The notes under the pieces: model-generated | Database searches by the model: none | What the model was told of the DNA's origin: nothing | What the model saw: the letters and a program-made list of their open reading frames with translations, nothing else | Made by a program: the position numbers and the translations under genes | Source of the DNA: Thalia democratica | Lineage: Eukaryota | DNA: 64,000 nucleotides | Assembly (NCBI GenBank): GCA_965202585.1 | Contig: OZ241828.1 | Location: forward strand, 66,030,001-66,094,000 | Direction: 5' to 3' | Shown: piece by piece, positions 11,001-23,290 of the stretch | How the letters are laid out: each line of letters begins with the position of its first letter | Numbering within the stretch: the stretch's first letter is position 1

Positions 11001-13824
11001 ATATTTATCTAAAACAAGAATAATATTAAAATTATATAATCTGTTTTAGTTAATTATACTTTTAATTACAATTTCTCATCTTAATCTATGCATACATAGT
11101 CTGATTTTTAGTCTTAAATTAAGAAGTGAGTTTTACATGATAAACTTGAGTTGTTAAATAGTGTTATACTGTAATAAGCCTTTTTGAATTCTAAAGGTTT
11201 TTTATAAGTAACAGAGAGGGGGTCTTATTTTTTTAAAGTTAGCTTTATTTATAGATGTTTATCTCTACCAGAATTTTATTGACTAATCTTTTTAAAAAGC
11301 TTATTTTTAAGATTCAAAAAGTGCAAGTGTACTCTATTTGGTTGAATATCTTATAGAACAAAACTGCTAAAAATTGAGCGCTGAAAAACTAAAAGAGTAG
11401 AGTAAATGTAAGTTTTGTAAAATAGGACCTACGAAAATAGAATAATGAAAACGGCCTATTTAGAAGTTGAGTAATTTTTTTCTTAGTTACTTAGTTCATG
11501 TAACACTACCTTGATTTCAACACAATTAATAAACTCAGGGTAACTAAGGGCACATTAATTTTTGAAATTTAAGGAAAACACAGGCTAGTTTAAAGTTATT
11601 TTTTTAAAGTCAGAATGACTAAATTTTTATGATATATAATTCTATCTACTTGGAAATATCAGTGAAATTATAAGATTTTGAAAAATATAGTAGGACTTAA
11701 GACAGTTTGAAAGACCTTCTTAGGACTTTTTTGATACTTAAGAGTCGCAATCCTGAAAAAATCTGTAAGCTGATTATCAATTAAAATACTGTTTTAATAA
11801 AAAAAGTTGGTTTGTAACTAAAACAGAAAATACTTTTAATAATAAATTAATTTTATTTTTTTAGAAGTTTCACTTAATCAGACTTCAGAAACGCATTTAA
11901 ACATTTTTTAAAAACAAAAGTAAAGTAAGAAAAAATGTTTGTTTTATGTTTCATATTTGAGCATTGCAAAGGAAAAAATATTTACACACATAAATATCAT
12001 AGTATAAAGCCTACTTTTATTAGATCATGTTTAACTAAACTTTTAAAATGAGAACAAGTGAAATAATTTAAATGATATAAAACCTCTTTTGTATATAAAT
12101 TATTTTTTACAAGTAAATTATTTAGTTTTATTAAGTAACATTAAAATAAAAAAACTTTAACATCTAGTTTAAGATTGTTCATACCTTTAATTTTTTTTAT
12201 TTAGCCTTTTCAATTAAAATCAGTTTGCAAATTAGCATGAATTTTGCTTCTTAAGCATGCTCTTAAATGTCTCGACTTTGTATAAGATACAAAATATCTT
12301 ATTATTTAATTTCTGTTACAGCTTAATATAAAGCAGGGTTTCTAGAACTTCATAGTTGCCATCTTAGACAAAAATGAATCGCCCCTAACCATTTTTCAAA
12401 TATTAAAAGTAACTAATTTCATTTGTACAATATATATTAATGCCCTGATAGTTTAAATTTCTCACTTTTGTTGAAAGTTAGTTAAGTACTAAAATTAAAC
12501 CATTGAGTTATAATGTTTACAACTTTTTAGTTCAACATTTATATTTAGAAAATTATAGCAATTGTTGCAATTATAAACCTTAGCAAGAGTAAAAAAAAAA
12601 AACTAGTTATAGTAATATAGAGTAGTAACTTTTGTTTAACTAGCCTTAGAAAAGTGTTTAGCTGTTTGTTGTAAACTTCTTCCAAATTATGTATGCTACT
12701 TGTATACTTTATTTATTGATTTGATTTCTTAGTATGTAATTTTATTTTGATTTTATTGTTATAAAGTATACTCATGAAAGATTTAAATGTTGTGTAAAGG
12801 TTTTGACCACATTGGAAGTATTTTCTATAGTATGATGCTTTTCATATATTTAATAGTTTATATAAATAGTTTATTAGTTTAGTCTATTCTTTATATAAAA
12901 TATAATCAATTATAGTCATGCCTAATTTTTAAGTATTAAGTAACATCAATCTTAGTTAGGTTTCAGTTGTTATTTATTTATAATTGTTAATAGTATGGGT
13001 GTAAAATGTTACTACTTAATTTGATAAACAAAATTTCATTCCGTCATTTATGGTGGATTTAATCTGTAAAAATTACCATATAATTGTTTACTATTAAAAA
13101 CTATGTTATAATTGAGCTAAAAGTATAGTGTTTTAAAATATTTTAGGATGAATAATGTATATTATATGTTTTGACTTTTGAAAACAATACACAGAGATCT
13201 CTACTTCTAGAGGAAAGTTAATATAGCTTATTCCTTCAAGACTTCAATTAGTAAAATAAGTTTAGATCAAAGAGCTCTTCAGTGCTAAAATCTTTTAAAT
13301 TAAAGGTTGAATGTAAGTACGGACGAGGTCTTTGCCCGAAATTTAATTTATTTATTAACCTCTTCGAGGTAAAAATAATCTAAAATATATATACACGAAA
13401 TGTTTATTTCTTTTTTCTTTCAAAAGCCGTTGCTAGACTCTGTTTTTCAACGCAAATTGCTTTATTCTTTTTTGAATATCTTCTAATATTCACTACTTAA
13501 AATATTATATTTTTTTTAACTAACAACGTGTACCTGATTATTTCTAATTATATAACAACTTTTATGTCGCTATGTAGTGAAAATAAAATATTTTTGGTTT
13601 ACGTCTCCATCATCTGATTTTTTTTTTAAATTCCGGTTGTTTTAAATATATAGTTTTTCTAAATTTAGAAATATCTATTTCAGTTAGAAAAAACAAATGA
13701 CTGAAATAAACACTACCTAAAATGTTTATAAATATTTAAAAAAAGTATTGTTACAAACTTTGTTTAAAGGACTTAATTTCAATAACAGAAACTTAAACAT
13801 TATTATACTAAAAATACAGAAGAT

Positions 13825-14765
13825 ATGCCTCCTCTGAGTACACTCGAAATCTATAAGGTTAGTGAAAATAAAATACGAAGCAGGATTTTGATAAAAAACT
13901 AGCAAAATATTAAAAGTTAAATATTTTTTACAAGACTAGTAGTTATTTTACAAAAAATAATCAGTTTATTTATTTATTTAAACAGTTATTGCAATACTAA
14001 AATACGTAAACTGTGCTTCTAAATAACGTTAAACAAAATTTCTACGAGTGTAAGTATCTTAATTTGACAAACATATGTATACAAGTTAGTTTTTTACTAA
14101 TCAAATAAATTACAAATAAAACAGTGTACTACTTATTTTTTAAACTTATTTTTCTTAGTTTGATTATTTAAAGCTATCAAATTATAATTAAATTGATTTT
14201 TTAAATGCAGAACAACAACATGACGTTGAAAAGAAATCTTGATAACCAGTGCAAAGAATGGCAGCGAAAAATTATTAGCAGGGACATCAGAACAGGAGAT
14301 CTTGCAACTTCTCACACACATAAAGCAAAACTTGATAACAGAATCCAAGTACACCGAAGGTGTTTAGAGTCTGCAGTACTGAATGCAAGCGAACTAGAAA
14401 ATGAAAAACAGGAGCTTAAACTGTTAATTGCAGAGCTTGAAAAGTTTAAAGTACGACTCGATGTTGAGCATGAACTTTTTCATGACAGCTATCGTATAAG
14501 AATGATTCGACAGGCTATTGACGATTCTGTTACAGATGATAAGGATCAACAAGGATTGACTCTTCAAAGGGTGCAGCAATTTCAAAAATTTCAAGCTAAT
14601 GAGTCTCATGTTGGTAATCAGTGCGTGATATGTATCGGAGAAATTGAAATTGGTAGAAGTATGATGCGTCTCGACTGCGATGGTCAGCATACTTTCTGTC
14701 AACTTTGTATTGAAGGATGGTTTGCTGACCACAACACATGCCCAATATGTAGGCATAAGTTTTAG
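13825..14765 (+). CDS. RING family copy 3, intact, join(13825..13857,14211..14765), 195 aa; putative E3 ubiquitin ligase
   Basis: First exon MPPLSTLEIYK|GTTAGT, acceptor TGCAG at 14210, phase 0, 353-nt intron. C-terminal CVIC-x14-C-DGQ-H-TF-C-QL-C-x10-CPIC. AATAAA at ~14808. Confidence 0.88.
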
Positions 14766-17700
14766 ATAACTGTTTTTGTTCGACATCTCTACTATTGATC
14801 GGTTTATTAATAAAGTTAAAAAGTAAAACGTCTTCTTTATATTGAAACTGCTTTTTTTATAGTCACATAGTAAATGATAATTAGTTAATTCAAAGAGCAT
14901 GTAGTACAAATACTGTAAAAGTTTGAATAACTTACATTTACTGTATTTTAAAGTACAAAAGTTTCAAAGTGCTGTCATATTTTTTCGCTAGATTAATAAC
15001 TATTTTTCTTTGAAACTAAAACATAAAAATGATGTTTTTTTTACAACTCGATCCTACTTAGAAATTATAGTTCAGTATATCCGAAAGTTAATGAAAGCCG
15101 ACTTATATTTAAGAGGACAAGTTAAATAAATCTCTCATTATTTAAAATTCTTATACATACTTAAATGTTTTAAGAACGTTAATAACCAATAAAAAACTAT
15201 TCAGACTAAGAAAAAAATGTTTATTAGTAGAAGAATAGATTACTATGTATGCCTTTTAACTGTAAATGTTAATTGTCAATGTTAATTTAAATTAAAAACT
15301 TGCCTTTTTAATACCTTAAAGTATACTAAACAAGTAATGTAGGTATAAGGCTTATACCTACTATCTACCGGTACAACAAACATTAATCTTATGTAAATTA
15401 ATATGAATAATAAAAAAATAAAATCATTTAGTTAATAATTTCTTAATTAAGTTAAAAAAGTATGTTGATTTTTACATGTGTTTGCATAAATTCAAGGTCA
15501 AGTGTTATCAAATTACAGGGTTGCAGTACATTACCATGAGCTAAACAAAATATTTTGGAAGTTTTAAATGTCTTAAGTTAAATTAAGTTAACTTTGGTCG
15601 ATACCAGGTATTATGATTTATGTTTTTAGCTCTGGATGACAAATTAAGTTAAGTTTTTTTTATATAAAAAACAGACTTTTTAAAGGTTTAAAGAAATATC
15701 AGGTTTTTTTCAATATTTTAAACAAAATTTAGTTAGATAATTCCATTGATCGTTGTTTTGAAAGCAATTTCGTTGAAAAACTTGATTTTACATGTTTAAA
15801 CGACTTAAGAGATAAAAATATATTAACTTTTTTTTAAAACTTTTTTAAAAATAGACTCTTAAAGTTGTTTTTCCTTGTAAAATTAAAAAAAAATTTTTCA
15901 GCTTCAGGAAATGTTGTTATTTTAATAGAAACAACTAGTAAAAACAAGAAAAAAAAACATAGAAAATACTTATGACTATAGAACTTTTTTTAAATACCAA
16001 ATATAAAGTTTAAAAATAGTTAATTTTAAAATGTCGAGAAAATAATTTTTTAGTATAACAGTCTATTTGCATCACCCGTAAAAAACCTGTTGACCTTTAT
16101 AATTTTGATTGCTTATATCTCAAAACTTCCTTAAACTTTTAAAAACTAAATAAAAAGCAGTTTAGTTGTTTATATAAAAGTTGACAACTTAATTTTTAAA
16201 AAGTGTTTTGACCCCTTCCTAATTATCGATATACTTTTTCTTCCCATATTTCTTCTTAAAAGCCAACACTTCCCACTTTGCGAAAACCTGTTGTAAGGTG
16301 GTCAAGTTCTGAAAATTAATAAAAAAATTCTAGTTTATACACCTAATTTAATAGTTTAAATTTAAATACTATTTTTTCAAAAGTTTAACAAATTGTGTAT
16401 TTGATTACTTAAAAATTATTAGCAGGTGTATAATTTATGATCGGACGATGCCTTATTGAACGTATTTTAGATTTTTTAATGCAACGTCTTTTTAGAAGTA
16501 GCACAGGCTACATGTATCTAGTCTAAAAACGCTACTATTAAGCATGACATGTTTGTTATTATATAAAAAAAATTAAATAACTTTATAGTATGGAGACAGC
16601 TTAAAATATAAACTTCTATTTTTTAATTTGCTTATTTTTCACTGTACATAAAATAATTTGATTGCTGTTAACAGTTCAAAAAATTAAACAATTTTTAAAT
16701 GATTTTAGTTTACTAAAAACTATCAGTTTAAAATAAATTGTTATATAAATGTATACTAACAGAATTACTACTAGATCTACAAACAATTTATTTTTGTCAT
16801 TTAGTTCAATGTTCAGACCACAAACCTTCGTCCTGATTACGATATATCAGTCAGTCATATTTCATTTAAAAGCACGGCATATATGCAATAATATTTTAAA
16901 GCAGGAATTCAACACGGTAATGCGAATCATTTATAACAATCTAGCATTTAAAAATGAATAAACTTATGTTCAGTGATTTTATTTTAGACAGCTGTTATTT
17001 ACACAACAATTTAAATACTTTATCTAAAGAGTATACGTTACATTTAGCTTTTTTAACTACGACTGATTTAATTGATTACTTACTGATAAAATACAGTTTC
17101 AAATATAAAAAAAAATTACATGTAATTTTGATAAATAAATAAAGCTAATGAATAATCAAAAATACTTAATGATGTTTAGTAATTTTATATTAGTTCTTAT
17201 TATTATACGCGCTTTAAAAATACTTACAACCCTAATATTTTTGTAATGGTAACTTAATTGATACAGATTGAACACAGTACAGTTATTAAAGCTTAAGTAA
17301 TATTAAAAAGAAAAAATTATTAAAACCAATACGACATTTAGTGAAATATCCAATAAAACTTAAGTTTTGAAAAAAAGTCAAACAAGCTATTAATACCCTG
17401 AAAAAATTAACCTGGCAAGCGTTGGTCTGTGACCAATTCAATTGTATCCTATATATTAAGAATTATTTTAATTTGCTTTTTGTACATTCTGTATAAGTGA
17501 ATTTAGGTACAGATCATTGTTGAACTACACTTTTTAACTTAATTGACTTAATATTTGTTTTGAAATTCTACATTTGAAACCGTGAAAAAATCTATACTTC
17601 TCCACAAAAAAAATATCAGTTTTTTATCTAATACAAAGTTATCAGTACGTTTTCTTTAATTTATCTGAACAATCTTACTTATATACATAACAATTAAATC

Positions 17701-20700
17701 TAGAACTTATTTGAAACTCAGCACTATACCTTAATAAAAAAAAGTAGTTTTAACACCCTAAAATAGTTAAGTTGGTTTAGATCGGTACCGCCCCCTGGGG
17801 CGATCTTAGTAAATTTGCGGGGGAGGGGTAATGATTGGTAATGGGGCGAAATGGGACGCTTTTAAATTTTTTAAACATACTATAGATACTCTTGAGTTGC
17901 AGATGAAGAACAAAAAAAACTAAAACAAAAGAATCAAACTAATTAGTATACTTACAATTCTATTAGGTTTATGTTAATTTTAATTTAAAAGTGCTGTAAA
18001 AACTTAGTTATGTATTAAAAAACTTTTTGAAATTAGAGTTCTAAACTTATAACAGTTTAAAAAATTGACTGAATTAACAGTTCAGTTTACAATTAGAAAT
18101 ACCTTAAAAAGTTAATATTTCATATAAAACTTTGCTTATGTCATAAACTTGATTATTGTATCTTTGTTGCGAGGCTGAGCTAAGATATAGTTGTACGTTT
18201 TCAAAAATTTAATTTTTTAAACAGTTAAACTGCTTAGAAAAATTATTAACTGCAAATTTTTGAACGTTAAAAATAATAATTAATACCAAGCTATTTGTAA
18301 AACCGCTAAGATTAAACAAATCTGTTAATTTCATCACACTGGTACAAAATCGCTATTTTTTAAGATTTAAAAACTACGCTTGTTTGGTGTTTGCATTTTG
18401 AATACTTAATATCAAGTTTTGTAGTAGAGAAACATCATCAGTTTAACTTAACTTATAAAAGGAAACTTTTGTCTGAAACCAGGTAAATGAATTTGTTATA
18501 TGAACTTTGTCCTAGCTAACAATATTTTTATTTTTCAATTTTTACAACTATATATTGTATAACTTTACTTACCATTGTAAAATTAATTTTCTTATTTGTA
18601 ATACTGGTAGAATAAATTTTGAAAAAAATTGTTTAGTTTACACAAGATTGTACAACTTAATTTAATGATTAATAACTTATATAAAAATTTATATTTTATT
18701 GAATACTTTTACAGTTCTGCTGTACTTTCATTATTTAAAAAATTATTTTCTAAAAATATCTTCTTTAATAGCAAAAATATTTGTTTTTTTAGGTTATAAC
18801 TGGAAAAAGAATAAAAAATAAAGGTAATTAAAAATAAAATAAAACCTATTTTTGATTGTGAAATGAGTTTTATATACAAGGTAGGTTGGAAACATAATTA
18901 TTTTTATATAATAATTAAATTTTATTAATTTTTGTCATTTTAAGTATATTATAACATTTTACTAAAGTTTAAATTCAGTTTTAAATTTCATTTAATGTAT
19001 ATATATATTTATAAATCAATGTACCCAAAAAACCTAGAAACCTGGAATTTGACAATTTAGGCTTGGAATTAAAAAAAAACCTGGATTTTGAGAAATTTTG
19101 AAAAAATAAAACCTTCAACTTTAAACAAAAATAACTGTATAAAACATGGAAAACATGGAATTTGTAACAATACTTACATTTTAAGTAGTTGAATTTTTAT
19201 TTGACAAATATATATATCATAAAGATAAAAAAAAATTGTCATCATCAATAATTGTTTTAATAAAAACCACATGTAAAGTAGCTTTACAATATCTTTTCAA
19301 TGTTTTTATTGTATTTAACACAGTTTCTTACCATAAACTTAAATTTAAACTATAAATAGACCCAAAAATGTGTAGTTTTAAAAATGTGGAGGAAAATTTT
19401 GAAAACTTACAAACAATGTGCTAAAAAATTGGCAATCATGATATATTTTAATTTGTAACAGTGTTTAATTTAACTAATTTTTTAAGAAAAAAATTTCACT
19501 ACCGTCTAGCAGGGTTGCTGCAAACCCTGGAACCCAAGTTTAGTTCAGTTGTTATAAAAAACATTTAAGTATAAATTTAAATTCTTATATTTTTAGAAAG
19601 CTTTAGTTTTAAACTAAGTTTACTAAAATTTAGAGTATATGTATATAAAAGTTTATTTGTTGCAATTAAATATAAAATCTGTATAAGAAAACTAATAAAC
19701 GCATTATTTTTCTTTTTTTACAGTTTGCTTAGATGTGCTTATCAATAACCAAGTTTAAGTAATTATAGAAAAACCATATACAATTTAAACTCAGGTTTGT
19801 AAAAAAACCTGGAATGCTGGAAAAACTAGAAAAAACTTAGAATTTGACAACCCATGCTATATAAAAAGGAAAATCCTGGAAATAAAAAAAAAAAACTAGT
19901 ATTTTAACCAAAACAAAATCACCTTTCAATGTCTTGGTTAAGAAGTTGAAATTAAATGTTATTGTATGTTTTCAAATATAATTAAAGCTTTTTAAAACTT
20001 TAAACAAATTCTAACACCAAAATTAAAATAGCTAAGTAAAAGACACCAGGGATTTCTCTTCAAAAAAAAGCAGAATTTCAAAAGCTATAAATTTACATTA
20101 GCTTACTTTGTACAAGTAACTTAGTTTTCTTGACTTTATTATTTAAAACAAAAATTTCTAATTACAAATTTGGTTTTTAAAATATGACCTTCATTTTTAA
20201 TTAAATTTGCATTTTCAATGTCAACTTTTAGCATGTTATGGGTTTGCAACACAATCAGGTTACTTGGAAGAAATTTGGAATATTTTTTAAGTTTTGAAAT
20301 TCTCAGGACTAATCAAATTAACTCATGTTTACTCAGGGTTTAATTTTTTATTTAATACAGAATAACTTAGAAATATTTAATTTTTTTTATTTAAATCTGG
20401 ATTTTTTAAGGTTTTATTGGCCTCAGCTAATTTTTCTTATATCTTAAATGATATCTATAAAATTAAATTTCAATGTTTTATTGTTTTGAAACCAATTTTG
20501 TTGTAGAACTGGTAACATATTTATGCATTCTATGAAACAAAACATTTTTAAAGTCTTTTATCTCAAAGTTTTAAAATATTGACCATTATAAGTCTATCTC
20601 CTCCTTAAAGTTAAGAAAAGCTTACATTAGATGTTAAGAAAATGAAATTTTGAATATTAAAAACAGCTTAAAGAAAAACAAAATATCAACAGTTCAATAA

Positions 20701-21479
20701 ATTGTGCTTAATTAAAAAAAAATAGTCAAATTTTTTTTTCTTATTAAATTATGGAAAAATAAATGAAATTTGTCTTTACTAGTTTCTCTAAATGCTATTT
20801 GTCTCTAAAAGTTTTTTAGAAACTAAAAAAACGAGACTTAGAAATTTTTAAACAATTGATTAAAAGCTGAATATTAAGACAGATTATTATAGTAGTATGT
20901 TTGGTCCTCACGTAAAGAACTTATTGAACTGATAATTTGTGATTGCTTATCTATCAAAATGTATTTTAGGTTATTTGAATGGTACAATAAACTGGCAAAA
21001 TAGTTGTTTATGTGAAAATGTTCAAAAAAAAAAATTACTGTTCCTAAGAAATTATCAACTTAGTTTTTCCCCATACTAATTGTTTATTCCTGATAGCAAA
21101 CCTTTTTAGCTTTATAAAGCCCTGTTGTAAAGTTATCTATTTCTAGAGATAAACTAAAGATTTCTTATGTCTTCATCAGATTTTATGATTTACATTTAGC
21201 AATCAGGATTTTAAAATATACTTAAATGTACAATTAAGCACTAAGTACTTATTTTCAGATGTAAAATTTCAATTGGACAATGCTTTTTTAAGTTGTTTAT
21301 GTTTTATTTTATTTTTACTTCCTTTCCTGTTTAAGATTATCACAGACCTTAACAAAACAGTTGAAATACGCCTCTATTAGAAACAACAAAGTAATTTTAT
21401 TAAAAAAAAAAGAAAATGCTACTATACGTTTATAATTAAAGTGTTTTATAAATAAATTTTGTTTGTAAGGTTATAATTC

Positions 21480-23290
21480 TTAAACTAAAAAAAACTTTGT
21501 TTTTCAATCTACTTAAGTTCTAACTAGAGAAAAAGATAAAAAATTATTTCAGTTAAAAAAAAAAAAATTTCTGAAAAAAGCTTTATAATTTTAGTAGAGT
21601 AAAAGTTTCACTATTTTTAAATATAAGTCTATATTTGTGTTGAGTTTTGTCATTGAATAAAAATACTAAAGTGTCCTTATTTTTTATAAATGTTCAAATA
21701 AATAGTTTATATGAATTTTTAAACTCCTTTAACATATTAATATTTTGTTGCTAACAGTGTTTAAACTACCAATAAACAATGTTGCCACAAAAAAAAAACC
21801 TGGAATTTTGGAAATAAAAATAAAACCTGAATAAAATCATAATTTTGAACAAAAATTACTAAAAAACCTTAATTTTTAAACAATTTGAAATTTTAACTAG
21901 CAAAATTTTGGCTTGACAAAAAAATATAATACAGATGAATTTTGTTTGTCATAATAAAAATGTTGTTCATTAAAAAACACAATTAAAACTGCTGTACAGT
22001 ATCTTTTCAATGTTTTATACTCACACAGTTGTTTACTAAACTTAACTTTTAACTGAAAATAGGCCAAAAAACTAGCACTTTCAAAAACTTGGAAGAAATT
22101 CATAAAACCTGGAAGTAATTTCTCAAAAACTAGTGGCAACCCTGATAATCTAAAGTCTTAGGTTATGTACTATTAAATCAGTTGTAATTAAAATATAGAA
22201 TTCGAGAAAAGCTTGGAAATAAATGCAGGTCGATCTGTGGCAACCCTGGTTAAAGGTTTTTTTTAACAAAAATTTACATTTTTTCTTCATAAAATAAAAA
22301 AATCAAAAGTTTAATCAAGTTTTTAAAGAAAAAATATAATAAAATATTATTTTTTATTCTAAAATGTTTAGTTTACTTAAGATTAAAATAGAATTTACTA
22401 TAAATTATAATAATTGTTAAAATAAGCTTATTTATTGCAATTTTGTAACAATTTTCTATTTTAATAATAACTATTAGACACATTGTTAATTTCTTAAGTC
22501 TGCTTAGATGTGCTTATTAATAACTAAGTTTTAGTAATATAGAATAACCAGAGAGAGTTAGACTTAGGGTTGCCAAAAAACCTGAAATCCTAAAAAACTC
22601 GAAAAAAACTAGAAATTTTTGGCATCTTATGCTAAAATAATCTAAAAAAGCCTAGAACTTAAAAAATTGTAAATAAATTTAAATTTAAACAAAAATCATT
22701 AGAAAAATTGGAATTTTGAAAAAAATTCAAATGTGATTCAGTGAAATTCTGATTAGACACAAAAAAATTATTTAGAGAACCTTTTTTTCATCATAACTTT
22801 TTATTGTAAAACACATTTAAAGTAGCTTCAAATATATTTTCAACTTTGTTATTCTGTTTAAGACAGTTATTTTTTCTTAAGAGTTGTTTTATACTTGAAA
22901 TTGACCCTAAAACTCGACGTTTAAAAACCTTTAAAAAAATTAAAAAACCCAGAAGATATTCTTTCAAACATTTAGCAATTTTAAATGAAATCAAGGGTTT
23001 AGCAACATAAAATTAATTACAAAACTTGTTTTTGAGATAAAGCACATGAAAAGTTTTTGGTTAAGTAGTATTTCATTCAAACAAAGTATTTTTTGATGTC
23101 ATGGTAAAGTGGTTGAAATGAAATGTTTTTTTTTGTTACCAATCATAATTTAAGCCTTTAAAACTCTTAACCAAGTTAAACAACAAAATATATATAATAA
23201 AACAACAGATACGCAGTATTCTGCTTTAATATAAGCAGAACTTAAAAATTGTTGCTTCTTTTAAAATAAAATTTATTTATTAACACAAAA
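21480..23290 (+). repeat. Dispersed composite repeat with MITE-like modules bounded by GTTGCCA/TGGCAAC; homologous to ~47000-48530, partial copies at ~19000-20030 and ~25300-25670
   Basis: Ordered shared blocks, e.g. aacaatgttgcca, cgatctgtggcaacc, atgtgctta...agaataacca, ttttgatgtc, ttttgttaccaatca, attctgcttta. Boundaries approximate. Confidence 0.6.

Noticed and set aside
14205-14210. ATG at 14205 as the start of copy 3
   Set aside because: It overlaps the TGCAG acceptor that is positionally conserved in the other copies, and an in-phase upstream exon exists.
17780-17860. Short G/C-rich patch (ccgccccctggggcg...gcgggggagggg)
   Set aside because: Too short to classify; no partner end, ORF or splice pattern found.
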